A stretch of 64,000 bases of DNA from the human T2T-CHM13v2.0 reference genome, Homo sapiens: NCBI RefSeq assembly GCF_009914755.1, contig NC_060931.1; one strand, written 5' to 3'. Below the pieces are notes generated by a model that was not told the DNA's origin, did not search any database, and saw nothing but the letters and a program-made list of their open reading frames with translations. The stretch's first letter is position 1; each line of letters begins with the position of its first letter. The position numbers were made by a program, and so were the translations under genes. Of the stretch, positions 29,411 to 45,299 are shown one piece after another.

Positions 29411-31789
29411 TTCACTCTCTGGAAGCACACGTTTGTTGAGACAATGAAAAGAAAAGCCTTGTGCAATGTCAGAAACTTGAGTTTTAAAGACGGCAGCCAC
29501 TTAAGGATTTGGTCCAGAAGCCAGGTCTGTGTGTTCCCACATCCCTCTGTGGCCAGATGGGGTGCAATAACGGCCCACCACCTGGCCTGGCCCCAGGGTG
29601 TCCTACAGAAAAGGAGAGGTGAGCTCTGTAAGCCGGGACTGCCCGAGTCCCATCTCACCCCAGACCATCCACGGCTTATATGGCTAACCGGCTCGCGCGA
29701 TAAGTTGGCACGCCCAATCTTGTCGAACTCCATCCATCACTTGTGCCGCACATTTTCACTGACAGCCTTCTCCTGCCAGGACTTCACTTGGAAATGAAGC
29801 AGACTGGTCCCTAACCCCACAGAGCTTACGGCTCACGTAATAGAAACTGCATAAAATGAATCGTTTTTAAGAAAGTGAGCTGGGGAACAGTAGGGGGCGA
29901 GCAGCCCCCAGGTTCTGCAGAGCAAATGGCAGGCAGCCTTGCCCTGAGCCTCCACATTCGCATCCTACTGAACTTGCTCCTCTCTTCCAAGAGAACCAGT
30001 CACAGGCCCTACTGTCTGTTTGCACATGTGCTGTTACAAAATGCAGACAAAAATGTCTCAGGAAAGACCTTTTGTGGGAGTGGATTTGCAAATAAAAATG
30101 CACATGGAGCACCAACCAGAGAAAAAGGGACATTCTAGAAGCAAAGAGTCACCTGTTGATAAAGAGAAAACTCATCATTTCTATAAGTACAAACATCTCA
30201 TTTAGCAAAAACCATGACCAAGTGAACACAGAGGGCACTTGTTCTTTCAATGTGGCTAAAACCAGATTCCAGGACAGGAAGTCCCTGAAAAGAGACTGTA
30301 TTTCCGTCACACTTTTCCTCCCTTATACTAAGGCAGGTAAGCTGACCACAGACAGAACCACAGGATGAGGCGGCCGGGCTGGGGATGCTCATACCGGCCT
30401 GCTCAGCACCAAGGAACCTATGGGGACTGTGCGACGGTGCTATCAGCTGCATTTGCTGGACAGTCAAGTGTCACTTGCTGTTCTTCAGCCTTAGCAGAGG
30501 CAGAAGCACAGTGCTTCCGTGCACAGAGCTGCATCCCTGCTGGAGCGCACACAGCTCTCCACTGATCTACAGGCTGCCCTGCCTCCCATGCATCAGGAGG
30601 GTATCTCCTGTGGATGGAGCCAGGTAAGGGAGTAAGGCACACCTGCTTGCTCTCCTCACCTCAAACTCCAGCTCTGATCACACATTCCCCAGCACTGTGG
30701 GGTTCTTTCACTGTTTTCACTGGACAGAGGGAAGCACCGTGGGTCGGGGCCAACTCCAGGTGGGCTTGGCCTTCCTCGGCACAAAGAAGCTAACACTTCT
30801 TTAGCACTTATGTTCTTAACATGCCAGTCTGACTTATTCAGAGAGAGCAGCCACCCAACGCTGCAGGGCTGGGAGGGTCCCGGTGCACTGCATCCCCTGA
30901 GACCGTCCTGCAGACGCCAACCAGAAGCCTCTGAGCTGCGCCTGGCCCCATCAGTGCACAGCCAGCATGGCTGGGATGTGTGCGGTGGCATGGCCAGGAG
31001 TCTAGATGGGCACCCGCTGGCCTTGTGCTTTGCCTGCTCTGTAACATGATGCTGAGTGAGCTGCAGGGGCGTGAAAGGATGAGACAAGAACCAGGCAGCG
31101 TTCCCTGTGTCAAGGCACACTCCTGGGGAGGCCCACGGCTCATCCAATGTGTGGACTCGAATCAGCTGGATAAACACGAAACAGTGCCCTGTCTGTAGGT
31201 CTTTCACTGTAGCCCTCACAATAAGGCCAGCGAGCCCCCACTCTGTGTATGAGAAGCTGCGTCTCAGAGAGGGCCAGCGCCAGCCACGGGAACTCTCCCA
31301 GAGATGACTCCAGCTGGTGCCCCAGCTCCAGGCTCCTCTCCTGATAGGAGCTGCACCCTCTCTCATAATGAGCAGCTCCCTCAGGGATTAGGGTGACAAG
31401 AGGTGACAACAGTGAGACAAGGAAGGGGGCAGAGCAGCTCCCGTTAGCAGCTACAGAAGGCTGGAGAGAAGGCAGTGGGTCATGGGCTGTGGGCCAAAAG
31501 CCATGGGCTGTGGCATCCCCGGGATCCGTCCCTCCCATGGTGGAGGCGAGGGCCCCTCTGAGAAGCCTGTTTGGGAGCCTCTTTATTGCCTTCTTTCAGC
31601 TATCCTGGGATCCTAATCTACTGTTCCCAAGGAAACCACAAACAAACACTGCTGTGCCTGCCCCACACCTGGCTACGTGGGTGCCTGGGTACACTGGCAT
31701 CAATAACCTTGTCCCCAAGCCAGCAGGTCCACAGGACAGAGGGGCAGAGGGACAAGGGCTTGCCACCAAGTCATGACTGTGTCCTTGGG

Positions 31790-32305
31790 AATGTGAGTGT
31801 GTGGGTGAGCGTATGTGTGTGTGGATGAGTGTGAGTGTGGGTGTGTGAATGTGGGTGAGTGTGGGTGTGTGAGTGTGGGTGTGTGGAGGTGAGTGTGTGT
31901 GGGGGTGAGTGCGGGTGTGTGAGTGTGGGTGTGTGGGTGAGTGTGTGTGTGTGAGTGACTACATGTGGTGGTGTCTGTGTTTGACTAGGTATATTTTACT
32001 GTGGATATCTGCAAATGTATTCTTTTGTGTGAATGTGTGTAAGTTTGAGAGTGTTGTGAGTTTGCATATGAGTGGGTGAGTCAGTAGTTATGTGCATGGG
32101 AGTGTAAAAGTGTAGGGGGTGTGAGCGTGTGTGCTTGTGAGAATGTATGAACGTGCATGTGTGAAACTGAGTTTTGTAAGTGTGTCTGTGTGTGTTTCTA
32201 TGTATGCCTATGCCTCATGTGTGTGTATTGATGTGAGAGCGTGTCTGTGTGTGTCTCCGTGTGTGAGTGTATACCTGTATGTGTCTCTGTGTGTTTGTGT
32301 GTGTG
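31790..32305 (+). repeat. TG-rich low-complexity tract
   Basis: gtgagtgtgggtgtgt units. Confidence 0.93.
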
Positions 32306-32891
32306 CACACACAACAAAGCTTAGCCCTGCAGTTCCATCCCCCAAGGTGAATGAAAGCACTTCAGCTAACAAGTACATTCTGCCTTAGAAAGTGCTTTCA
32401 TCCAAGGTGCACTGGCCCGGCCACCATTACCCCCAGTGCTAACAGACACAGGGCCTCGGGTGCAGATCTTCCTCAGTAAGGAGTGAGATCAACTCTTCAA
32501 ACCTGAACCAATCCCTCTCTGCTTACTTCTGGGAGATCCAAGTCCTGGGAGAAATAAAGGACAACTCAGTTCTCCTCGTGCTTGACCGACATTGTTTTCC
32601 TTTTGATGAACACAATAAAACTCCAAACTCAGCTTTTATTGTTGTTTCTTATTAAATTTCACTTTGTAAACAGCCATATAGAAAGTGACATTTTTCCATC
32701 AGTTTCTCTAAAGCCGTGTGGGTATAGCTGATGCACTACATATTCTGTATAAACATGCATATTCTGTATAAAGAGAATAAATGTAAATTTCAATTCTATC
32801 TTTTCCAAATCATCAAAAATTCCAGTCATGGTGGGTCACGTGAATCAGCTTCCTAGAACCTCACAGAAACATGAAGTAAGGACTGAAGAGA

Positions 32892-33203
<312 letters not shown>

Positions 33204-34196
33204 TCAAGTGTCAAGCATGCTTTTACACACCCGGCAGCTACAGGGAAAGCCTGGAGGCTTGGCTCCTCTAATCGTTTCTTCCTGCTTGTTCTCCAGGTCA
33301 TTCTGCCCACAGGTGAAGTCTCTACTCTACTCTGGTATCAAGCAGGCCTGGGCAAACCTTGTTCATGTCAGGATTCTGGAGGGGAGAATCAGCTCAACAA
33401 TACCAACCCACAGCAATGAAACGGGCGTTCCACAAATGCACACACACCACACAACACCGAATGCAAATCCGTGGGACAGCATTCAGGTGCAAAACAAGTA
33501 GAAACTGAGTAGAGACAAACGGGCCAGCCACTGACCTTGCCAAACCTTGCAGACAAGGGAGAAAGCAATTCACTGAGTTAAGCCAAGTACAGAGACATCA
33601 CCTTATGCACAAGTTCTATCATACATAAAATTACTTTAATCATAATAGTTTTAACTCTAAGATAAGTTGCAAAGACTCAGAAATGAAGTTTACTTTTATT
33701 TTATCTTTACAAAAACAATTCTTTTTAAAGAAACTTCGTGATGGCGCCAAGATGGCAGTACTTTCTTTCCTAAGTCATAAAAACAGTCAGAGGTAACCTA
33801 CCTCTGAGGCCCTGAACTAGCCAGGGAAAAACAGATACGGACGCCAAATATTTGCTGACCACCAGGACCTTACGATATAATTGGGGGTTGGGACTCTTCT
33901 ATAATCTCTACACGGAGTAGCAGCCTGGTTGCAAGGAGGGTGGAGCTTTTACGAAGGGCCACTTCTATTATACCACAGCTTTGACTTCTTACATTGTATG
34001 TTACTGATCAATAAACTAGCAAGATCTTTAATTCACCCATTAGTTAAGATTGAAAAAGGATGCATTGTTCATGTGTTTATATTACCATTATTATCATTTA
34101 TTACAAGGGCAGGGTAAGGAGAATAATCACAGAAGGAAAGTCCCCTCATTCCCAGTGCTGACACTGACCCAAGTGTTTATCTGCTTAAATAAGCAA

Positions 34197-34583
34197 CAGT
34201 CTTAGCTCGGGTAAGGGGCGGCTGTTGTAACAACATACCACAGAATGGGCAGCTGACACCACAGCCGTTTATCCTCCCATAGTCCTGGAGGCTAGGAGGC
34301 TGAGATGAAGATGTGGGCAGGGTGGTTCCTCCTGAGGCCTCTCTCCCGGGCCTGCAGATGGCCACCTTCTCCCCGTGTCCTCACGTGGCCATTCCTTGTG
34401 TGTGTCTGTGTCCCAGTCTTTCTAAGGACACCAGTCATACTGGATTAGGCCCATCCTAATGACCCTATTTCAACCTAATTACCTCTTTAAAGACCTTATC
34501 TCCAAATCCTGCCATACTCTGGGGTCCTGGGGATTTGGACTTCAACATTTGAATTTGGGGAAACAAAATGCCACCCCCCAGCA
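34197..34583 (-). mobile_element. MLT1B-like MaLR LTR
   Basis: gtcttagctcggg...cagggtggttcctcctgaggcctctctcc...taaggacaccagtcatactggattagg...ggacttcaacatttgaatttgggg. Confidence 0.85.
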
Positions 34584-36269
34584 CTAACAATCAAAGGTCT
34601 GACAGGACGGGTGGAGACGTCAGGTCGACACAGAACGTTCTGGGCACACCAACAGGAGCTGGGTCCCCCAGGTGAGGCCGGGGGCTCCTGACATGCCGAA
34701 GGTGGCCTTACTCATCATTCAAGGCTGCTTTTCCAATGGTGCCTGGGGACAGGGGGCTAGGTAGAGGGTTGAAGAGAGGCCCAGGGTCAGATTTTCAACA
34801 CAAGCCTGCAAACAACAGCAGATCTATACAAAGAATGGCAGTACAAAATGAGGACATTCGAGACTTTATTAACTTTCTCTGCTTCCTTCAAGAGCTCACC
34901 CTAACTTTGCTTCTGTGTCTCCTTTGTCAGGCTTGACCCTGGAATCCCTAATTAGGTTCACATTCCTCAGGAAGCTCTGTTATCCCACTAAGCGTCAAAG
35001 CCCAATTTAGCCTGCTCTAATCCCCATGAGAAAACACCCGCCCGGCAGACGCAATTAAACCTTCTCAGCCTGCGGGCTGAGAACCGGGACAGGAGCGGAA
35101 GAGAAAGAGAAGGAAAATTCCCAGAATCAGGTCATTATATTTTTCCTTACAGTTAACAAGCAGCTAGTGAAGATCATGTCTGTGGCACAGTAAAATGAAA
35201 AAAGAAAGGCTCAAGCTTTCCCAGTCCTTGGTCTTGGCTTGGTCTCGGCTCTCCTCACCTCTAGGGGCCTCAGTTTCCCCTTTCAATCCAACTCTATGGA
35301 ATCTAATAATTTTTAGACAAAAGAGTAGTGCCCCTATCCCAGATGGGCTTAGCTGAACCTACTGGAACCTTCTTTTTCATTCTTTACTTAGGCTGTGTAG
35401 CTGTTTAACATTGGCTACCTTTACCCAGTTGAGGCCCATGGCCCACAAGGCAGGGCCAGGCCTTCGCTGGCCTCAGGCAAACAAGTTACCACTGGTAGGG
35501 AATATAATAGATTTAAAGCAAAAGCATAGTATCCTGTATCCATTATGTCACCATTATTTGTCTCAGATCAGAAATCAAATGTGAACCTATTGTTGGAACA
35601 ATGTCCAGGGGATTCTCGAAGTGGCTGAAAAGCACTTTCAGGATCACTTGCATGCTGTATACACAAGTCCCAGCAAAGGGCACAGCACAGGATCGCTCGG
35701 GGGCCCAAACGCCTTCCTGCAGTGAGTCTGTCTTACAAGACCAGGGCTGAGCAGGGAGGCCAAGCATCTCATGGTGCAGCCGAGGCCCGCAGAGGCAGAA
35801 TCAGGGTCTACAGACCCCTGAAGGCCAACACTTACCACAGTCCTACGCCTTATCTTTTCAAAAAGAGAAAGAGGACATCTGGTGATTGATAAAATGCTAA
35901 TGGCTTGCAAAAAAAGCAAGAAGAAAAACTCATAAATCATAAATCCAACCTAATTGCAGAAAGATTAAAAGGTAGTATTGAGTTGATGAACCGTCTTTTT
36001 ATTAGAGCATTATAATGCCAAGGACCAAGATTTAACTGCATCCACATTACTGGATCCATTTCCACAAGGAAAATCCAGGTCCCAACTCATGCATTCCTCA
36101 CCAGCTACATCTGATCAGCCTATAATTCTCACCGGCCACCTATAATTAATAATAAAGTAATAAAGTACTGACACTGACATTTGTGAGTAATTTACATTTT
36201 AATTCATCAGAAGAGACTGATGATTACCTCTACAATAACATCCCTGCATGCTATTGCCTGAATAAGTTT

Positions 36270-36743
36270 AGTAGGTTGTGTTTTCAAAGACGGTGGCATC
36301 ACACAGGGTCTTCTGTAAAGGAACTCTGCCATTCCCCCATCAAGAGGTAGAGTCTGTCCCTGTTCCTCTTGAGTCTGGGCTCGTCCTGGGTTTGCCCTGT
36401 GGCCTGCTGTGAGTGGTGGAATATGGCAGAACTCCGAAGCCTGGCCTTAGACAGCTGCAGTTGCCGCCTTCGCCTGGAGCATCCCATTCTTGGGCCCAGC
36501 CCCCATAATGAAGGGAAGCCTGAACAGCCGCATGGAGACACCTACAAGGGGGCACCGAGGTGCCCAGTGCCAATCGTTGGAAATGGGCATGAGGGCGTTT
36601 GTGACCTTCTGGCCACCCAGTCCCCCTGTCAGCACCACATGAAGCAAGCACTGCCCAGCCAGCTCACGAATCCATCACAGCTTGTTGGTTTCAGCCACTG
36701 AGTGTACAGGGGATTTGTTAGGCAACAACAGAGAACAGAAATA
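36270..36743 (+). mobile_element. Old MLT1 (MLT1H/G-like) MaLR LTR
   Basis: cccatcaagaggtagagtct...cttgagtctgggct...tggtttcagccactgagt...gatttgttaggcaacaacagagaacagaaa. Confidence 0.75.
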
Positions 36744-39412
36744 GTGTGCCCATCAATGCGCACAGCCCCAGCATGCCCAGACGAGTGTGTTGGGCACCAG
36801 AATGCCATCCTTCAGTGCTCTGTGTCGGGAAGTAGAGGAAAGGGGCTCAAAATCAGCACTTGAAAAAGCCAACAGCAGCAATGAGGCCATGAGCTGTCAC
36901 AGATGAGGAGATTTCAGCCGCCGATGGTGGGGGCAAGAGGCCGACAGAGCGCGGCTGTGGCTTCAGCACGAGGCGGGCAGACATGACCCAGGACACTAGC
37001 CAGTGGGCAGAGAGGCAGAGGGGCAGCCTCTCGTCCATCTACGCTGCGATTCACCAAAAAATGCATCAGGCTGAACATGCACGGTATGTGGTGTTCTTGA
37101 ATGTAAGCTTCGGTTTTAAACAAATATGTATTTTAAACCATATATATACTGTTTCAAGCCCCAGAGTGACTGGACAGAACCGAAAAAGCTCTGTCTTTGC
37201 ATCCAGAGACTGAAATTAGGGCAAGCCCTCTGCTTCTCCCAGCTGGCTCTGATGAATTTACGGAGACTGTCCTCTGTGAACTCAATTTTCCTCCTCATCT
37301 GTGACATAGGGATAATACGACCTCGCGGGGTGGATGTGAACCTCAAGCTCATAGGAAAGTCTTGACAGTGGGACTATATCAAATATACACTGTCAGATTG
37401 GAGTGAGGGTGAAAGGGGACCCCACGGCCTTTCAAAGACAGCAGCATAGTTACCGAAGGCCATCTCAGTCGGCCATACAGACTTTGCCTCTCTCCTGAAA
37501 CACGAACTCCATATTTTTCAGACTAGGCATTTCCTGGACAATTTTCTGATGATGAGGCTGCAGCAATGAGACTGATTCATGATAATACTTAACCAGGGGC
37601 AAAACAGACATGTCCCTCGCCCCGTCCTGTTCACCTGAAGGAAGGCAGGGAGGAACCACTGCCCAAGACCATAGGCCTGAGTGGGACGGTGAAACCCGAG
37701 AGTCATGTCCTACAGAGATGGCCCCGGGTGTATGTTGATGTGTGCATGGCCCCATCAATCACAGCCAGTTCCTGAGAGCGATCCTACAGGCTCCTGGAAG
37801 GACGGGTCCAGATGCCATGCCTGACACCATGAACATTCTAAAACACTCAACTGGTAGTCTAAGCAAATGAAGGAACGCTTTTTGATTTTGCTTTGATTTA
37901 TTCATGTTTAACATACAAGTTAAAATACCTGACTCTGAAGAAGCTGTAGGGGCCTACTGAGTGGGGACCTTAACTATTGGCACCAGAAATGGCTCCCTTT
38001 CCAACTGTGTGCCAGTGACTCCTAATCCCACTCACGAATGACAGGGAGTCATCATCTCATGTCCACCCTACACTGGCTTTCTGTCATGGCTCTGGCCACC
38101 CCACAGTGGGGGCAGCCCCTCACCACAGCTCTCTGTTTGGCCAGCAGCAGGAAGGCTGGGTTTGGAGCCCATGTGCCTGGTGCGCAGGCCTTCATGGAGG
38201 ACACAGCCGCATATCGGCAGGCTGCCCTGCCTGCCGTACGGTAGACTCCAGGGCCTGGCACTGTCAGCTCCCCACACCTGATCTCTTCTTATCCTCTGTC
38301 CTCACCTGCAGCCAACATAGTCCAGGCTCAACTCCCTTGCCTAACCCTACCTCCCACCTGTGAGCCTCAGCCCAGGCTGCTCCCTCTGCCTGGAAAACCA
38401 CCTGCCCACCTCCTACTGGGCAGGTGCCTGTGCCTCAAGGCCCAGTGGCAAGGCCCCTTCTTCAGGAGACACACAAATAAGATGTGCTTTTATTTCTGCT
38501 TCAAGAGAAGAGCACAGAAATGTTATGACCCTCTGCTCCTGTGATTTTGTAATATCCTCTTCTTATTTTAAAGGAAAAGGTCCAAGGAGGCAGTAACACT
38601 AAAACAAAGCACAGTTTTCCGAGGCTTTTAAAATGAGGGGTGGGCCCCACATCCACCAGGGAGCAGGCAAGCAGGTGTTTGTATTTTCAACCACGCCAGC
38701 CTCATGCTGAGAAAGGCGGGGTTCCGGACATGGAGCTCTGGAGCAGGAGGAGCTCCCACTGCCTGTGAGAGCCAAGGCCCGTTCATCAGGACGGCACTGA
38801 GCTCACAGGGAGCAGAGCCTCGGGCGATGACATCAGCTAATGCCACCCCCAGCTCCTGCTTCTTGGGGGTCTGTGGCATCTGAGGTTTCCATATGAAATC
38901 AATAGCAGGCTCTTCATATCAAGCCCTGGCTTCCACTGACCTGTTGCTAATGACAAGGCAGAGGAAGTGGTCACCCCTAGGGAGGGGATGCCCGGATCTC
39001 GAATAAAACCACCCTCCAGAGTGAAGCGCAGAGCTCTGACAGTCAATGTTCAGTGGTCATCCGTAAAGAAAAGGAATAGCACAAATAAGTGAGCTGGTCA
39101 CTTCGCCAGACTTTGGGTCAGTTGTCTCAACCTCTCATTCATTCATTCATTGCAGAATGGCATATCAAATATCACACTTCGGGGCACTCGGAGATGAGAA
39201 AGAATTAGCAGTTGCCTTCGAAATTCAGTTTAAAATGGAAGAAAAGGTATAAACATACAACAGTTATTCAGGGAAGAAAATGGTAAATTCCACAAAGGTA
39301 GGCACCAGAGAAATTTTCCCTGAAATACATTTTGGCAAGAGTGTTTAAGAATCACATGATGAACAGTTTGGGTTTTACCAACTGTCCTTTGCTCTAAAGA
39401 AGGCTGACAAGA

Positions 39413-40023
<611 letters not shown>

Positions 40024-40802
40024 TCTCTGCCCAGTGTCTCAAATTCAAAACCTAAGGATTACTCACAAGCCGTGCCTCTGACCCACCGGGTGGGTATGCC
40101 AATCCTAACAGGTCTACCTTTAAAATGCCCACAAGTCTACTTCCTACTGACCCCACCCATTGTTCAAGGTTGGGCCACTCCAGCTCTTGCTGGGCAGTGC
40201 TAAGCTTTCTAACCAACCTCCTGAGGTTCAATCGACTCCCCTCCAAATGCTTTTTAGAAGTAAAGAAACCTCTGAAAAAGCGAAAGGTTTTAGATAAAGA
40301 TTCTGAAAGCAGAATTTCTCACATCACAGTATTGCAACCATTCAGCCATTCTATCCACTCCACCTCCCCTGAAAGACGCAGTTGTGAGTTTGTTATTCTA
40401 AAGACCTTCTGAACAGGGGGCAGTTTCCAGTGATAAGGGAGGGTTAACAGCTCAGATCCTTGCACACCGCTTTATTAAGAACAGAAGGGAAGCCTGCGGG
40501 CTTCGGAAAGTTCCAGGGTAATTTGGAGTTGAGGGTGCACAGACACACACACAGTGCGCAGAAAGGCAGGAGTTGAAATGCCTAGAAACACACAAAAATG
40601 AACTCCGCCAGCTGCTCCCGGGAGGCGGAGAGAGGGCGCCCCGCGAGCTATTTCTGTGCTTGACAGAAAATGGGAGTAGGCACTTCCTGAATCCCTGCCT
40701 AAAATTAACTGCTTTACAAAAGGGGGGAAGGGGAAACCCATGGTGAAACAAGTTTTATTTTACAATTCAAAATCTGGAGGTGGGGATTTGAATGCTTCGT
40801 TA

Positions 40803-41201
<399 letters not shown>

Positions 41202-43534
41202 CTAAGTGCCTGTCCTGTGGTCTAGGGGGCTGAGACTCATGGACACACACGCTGACAACATGAGAGGGCAGCGTCTGGGGCAGGGGCTGCACGAGACAGA
41301 GTGGGGTGTCTGGAAGTATGGTGGGCACAGGGCCACGACCCCCGCCCTGAGGACGAGGCCTGCAGAGGTCTCTCCTAGCCTGACAGGGATGGTTATGTCC
41401 CAACAGGGGCGGGCTTCCAACACCTCTCCCAGCCTGAACTCAGGCTCTGGAAGACCTGAGTCTGAACGGGCCATAGAGAGGTCTCAGGAACAAGATCCCA
41501 CTGGGAACCTACACTCAGAGCCAGAATGCAGTCTCCCAGCCAGAGCCAGGGCCCAGGACTGCCAGAAAGTCCCGGAGATAAGCTTCTGCAGAGATGACAT
41601 TGCTAGATGCCAGGGTGGGTGGCATCCATGTGGAAGAATGACTGTAGTAGAAATTTTAAAAAGATGCACTGCATATGGTGTCTAAACATTGAAAGAGAAC
41701 AGGCCGTTCTGCAGCTCCCCAACTGCAGCACACCTTCCTCCTCCATCTCGGCAGAGGGAAGGGGTAAGGACAGACCACTCAGGAGAGCAGTGGACGAAAC
41801 CACACACATTATGACAAGTGGATTTCTAACCTGGACAGAGCCAGAGGCAGGGTCAGAGAGGAAGAGCTGTGATCCAGAAGGAGCACACGGTGCCACAGGG
41901 CTGGGGAGAGGCCCCGATGCCACCCAGCCCAGAAGCCCAGAGGTGAAGAGGCCCTGGATTGAGGAGAGGAGAGGACCCCAGTGAGCCTGGAGGAGGGGTG
42001 ACAGGATAATGGGAGGAAGCATACATTATAGACTCTGAGCAGTTCAAAAACTGAATGGTGGTCTGAAAAAAGGGGTAGTAAGATAAGCACGTCAAAAAAG
42101 GACATCACTGAACAGGATGTGAGCTCACACAGGGGAATACAGAGTTTGGGGTCTTCTAGAAAGGGGCCAAGGGCTCCTGCAGATGGCAGCCAGAGTCAGC
42201 AGAAAGAGCACCTGGGGCCACATGTGTGGAAGGAGGGACGTTTCCCCTGTGACCAGAGCTGATGGGCAGGAGGTGCTGGAGCCAAATGGCATTTTCAGGA
42301 GTGTTTCAAGCTGATTAATGTCAGGCTGGTAGCTTGGAAGCAGGCGGGGGGAGGTGAGGTATTTTCACCAGGGGAATCAGCAGAGGCTGCCAATCAGCCC
42401 GCTGCACCCCCAGCAGGGTATAAACCCTCATCTGCACACCACCGGCCAGAACGTGTTTCAAGAGAAGCGGGAGTAAAAGCGATGGTGGCCAACGCAAACA
42501 GAGTCTGAGTGGGAGAGTCCACGCACACGCAGTACAGAACGCCAGGCACAGGTGAGAGAGGCGGAGGGCTGGGGATGCATCTGTACCTGCTCGTCAGGGG
42601 CTTGTGGGAAATCACATCAGAAGTCCAAGACCAAGCAGGCAGGGACACCTGCAGCACCCAGCTCTGCCCTAGGCCCAGATACCCTGGCTGCAGCGATGTG
42701 GGCCAGGACTACGGAAGTCCTCTGTGGGGTGAGCCAAGGCAGGGTGAGCCTGTGCAAATGCAGGAGGCTGGGGGGAGTAGAAAGAAGGGCAGCCAGTCAG
42801 GGGAAAGGTCACAGAGCTCGCCAGAACCAAGGCAGCATCGAGCAAGAGGCACTTGGATTCCAGTGTCAGAAAATATTAAGCCCACGGCTCTGCCATTAGC
42901 CATATGGAACCACTTTCAGGTGGGCCTCAGGCTAAGTCTGAGGCACTAATTAAGCCCACTAAATGGAATTTGTTTGCTTAAAAGAGCAGACCCCATTCTC
43001 AGAAGAAAATTTAGAAAATATATATACTTTCTTGTCATTTAACAGTTAATAAATAAAATGCATAGTGATTTATGCTAGCGGTAGGCAACATTTCATGAAA
43101 TAAATCTACTAGCGTCAGTACCACAACTGCAGAAAGAGTAGTTTCCAGCAACTGACACTGTAGACATCTACAGTGATTCCTAATACAATGATGCAGATTA
43201 AGGTATTAAAAGGGGAAAAGAGCACTCCTGCAGAAGCCACCAGGCCCTGTGCTTGGGGAGCTGTTGAATTCAGTTCTCCGCAGTCCTCTTAGTAGGGGTT
43301 AATTCCTGTTTTATAGAGGAAGAAACTGAAGCCCAAGGTCACATGGGTAAGACAAAGCAGAGTCAGGATCCAGACCCAGGTCTGTTATTCATTCTTCTCT
43401 TTTATGAGTCCTCAAAGTTTCAGAAGCTGCTTCTGAGAGCTACACATGCAAATTTCCATTTTGTACTTCTGTTCTCCCAAAGAGGCCAGGCAAGAGAAAA
43501 TAAGTATTCGCCTAGTACAGAGTTTCACGTATGG

Positions 43535-43535
<1 letters not shown>

Positions 43536-43577
<42 letters not shown>
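43536..43577 (+). repeat. (CA)~20 microsatellite
   Basis: Direct reading. Confidence 0.97.
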
Positions 43578-43580
<3 letters not shown>

Positions 43581-45299
43581 GCAGGAAATGTTCACCGCGT
43601 GCTCTTTTCTTTTGTTTTTGTTTACACTGGAGCGACGTGTGCCCATGGATGCCTGGCCTTGCTGCTCTGTCCCCTGCCCCTCGAGCTATATGGGGCTCCC
43701 TCCAGGACCGGGCTCCCCACCCTGGTCTATCTGACCCAGTCAGGGCAGTCACTCAAACATTCATTACTGTCACCATGAAAGTGGCATCTGTTTTGAATTC
43801 AGGGGCCTCTTCTTCTCTGGGTGTCCCACTCTGTCATCAGAGCCTGGCTGCATGAGGTCAGCTGGCCCCTTCTCTCCTCCGTGACACCCCTGGTAAACAG
43901 ACACCCAACAACATCCCGCAGGGTGGAGGTGGGGAGTGAACCTTAACCAACAGCACGCTTGCCCAAATTATTTCTCAAGTAATGGAGGTTCTGCAGGGAG
44001 AGCTTCTTTCTCAGGTTAGAACTGGTCAAAAGACACAGAGGTGGGGTTCAGAAGAAGATTTCCAGGGCACCTCGAAAGCCCTAGTTTAATCAATAAAACA
44101 CACTTGCAGGCACGGGGTGCCCTTGCCAACAGCCTCCTACCCTCCCATGTAACCACAGTGCCATGGAAAGTTACCCTCATTTCACAGATGCCGAGAGTCA
44201 AGGCAGACAGGCCTGGCCTGAGCCACGTGCAGGATGCAGGGACCCACATTCTCCCTCCGGCTGCACCTTCTAGCCTCCTGCCCAGGACACAGATACAGAT
44301 GCTGGCTGCAGAGCTGCTAATTAGGTTACTGGCCACGTAGTTAAAATGATGTGGCAAATAGGTGCAGATTCATTCCAGGTATGTGTTGTTTCATCTGTTA
44401 CAACACAATGTGGAATGAAAACTGATGATTCAGAGAAAACACAGGATACATTTTAAAATTATATTATTTATTTAAAACAAATATCTTGTTTCAAAAGATC
44501 ATAATTCTCTTTTGGCCTCTTTTTGGGGCAGGGCTAGGACTTCCTACACAAATATAGCTTACACTTATGCCGCACTAAAAAACAAACCTGCCATCACAGG
44601 GCGAGAACTTCACTCATAACCAGACAGCCAACATGGTCCCGTCAGCCCGGCCAAAGGTCACCACCAGTTTCAAAGACCTGTTTCCTCTGGTGTAAAGTGG
44701 CGAACTCAGTGACTTCCCAGCCTGTGGAATGCCAGCAGGGTCACCATAAAGCCCCGCAGATGCCGAGACGGTGCAAGGAGCAGAGCCCCACAGGGCAAGG
44801 CCCCGAGCTGCTGGCAGCTGGTGTCGCCCGGCTGACGCACTTCCTTAGTTGACAGTGGCTTGGTCCTGCTGGCCACCTTCGAGTCCAAGAAAGGCCTAGA
44901 AGTCCACAATGAATGCCTCTGATTGAGGCTCAGATTACTAGGGATTTAGAAACCTTAATTCTTTTGTACAAAGTATAATTGTGCTGACATGAAAAGCCAA
45001 ATGTGGCTTGCTGACTTTGAGAGTGAGCCTAGAGCCCACATGGTGGCCTTGGCTGATGGGATTCACACAGTGGGGCCACTTCCCAGACTCTGGGAGTCAG
45101 GAGTAATAGTTCCCAGTAGAAAAAGAGACACAGGTATAAACATGCCTCTAGTAAGGTGTTAATGTGTAAAGTGACTTTCTAATTAAAATGAGTCAAAAAT
45201 GATTGGTGAGGACAGCCTACCAGAAAAGGGATCTTACAGGAAAAGGAATAAAAGTGTCCTCAAAAAGAGCAGAATTTAAGGATGCTTCATGGTTCTTCT

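Noticed and set aside
30656-31366. 236-aa minus-strand ORF
   Set aside because: No recognisable domain or convincing splice boundaries; such ORFs are expected by chance in GC-rich intron.
32739-32772. 15-bp direct repeat catattctgtataaa x2
   Set aside because: Ordinary micro-duplication in AT-rich DNA with no inserted element between the copies.
33740-33757. YY1-like CCAAGATGGC
   Set aside because: Isolated motif without CpG-island or promoter context.
43156-43175. Short palindrome CACTGTAGA-ca-TCTACAGTG
   Set aside because: A 9-bp stem is compatible with chance in 64 kb and too short for a pre-miRNA.
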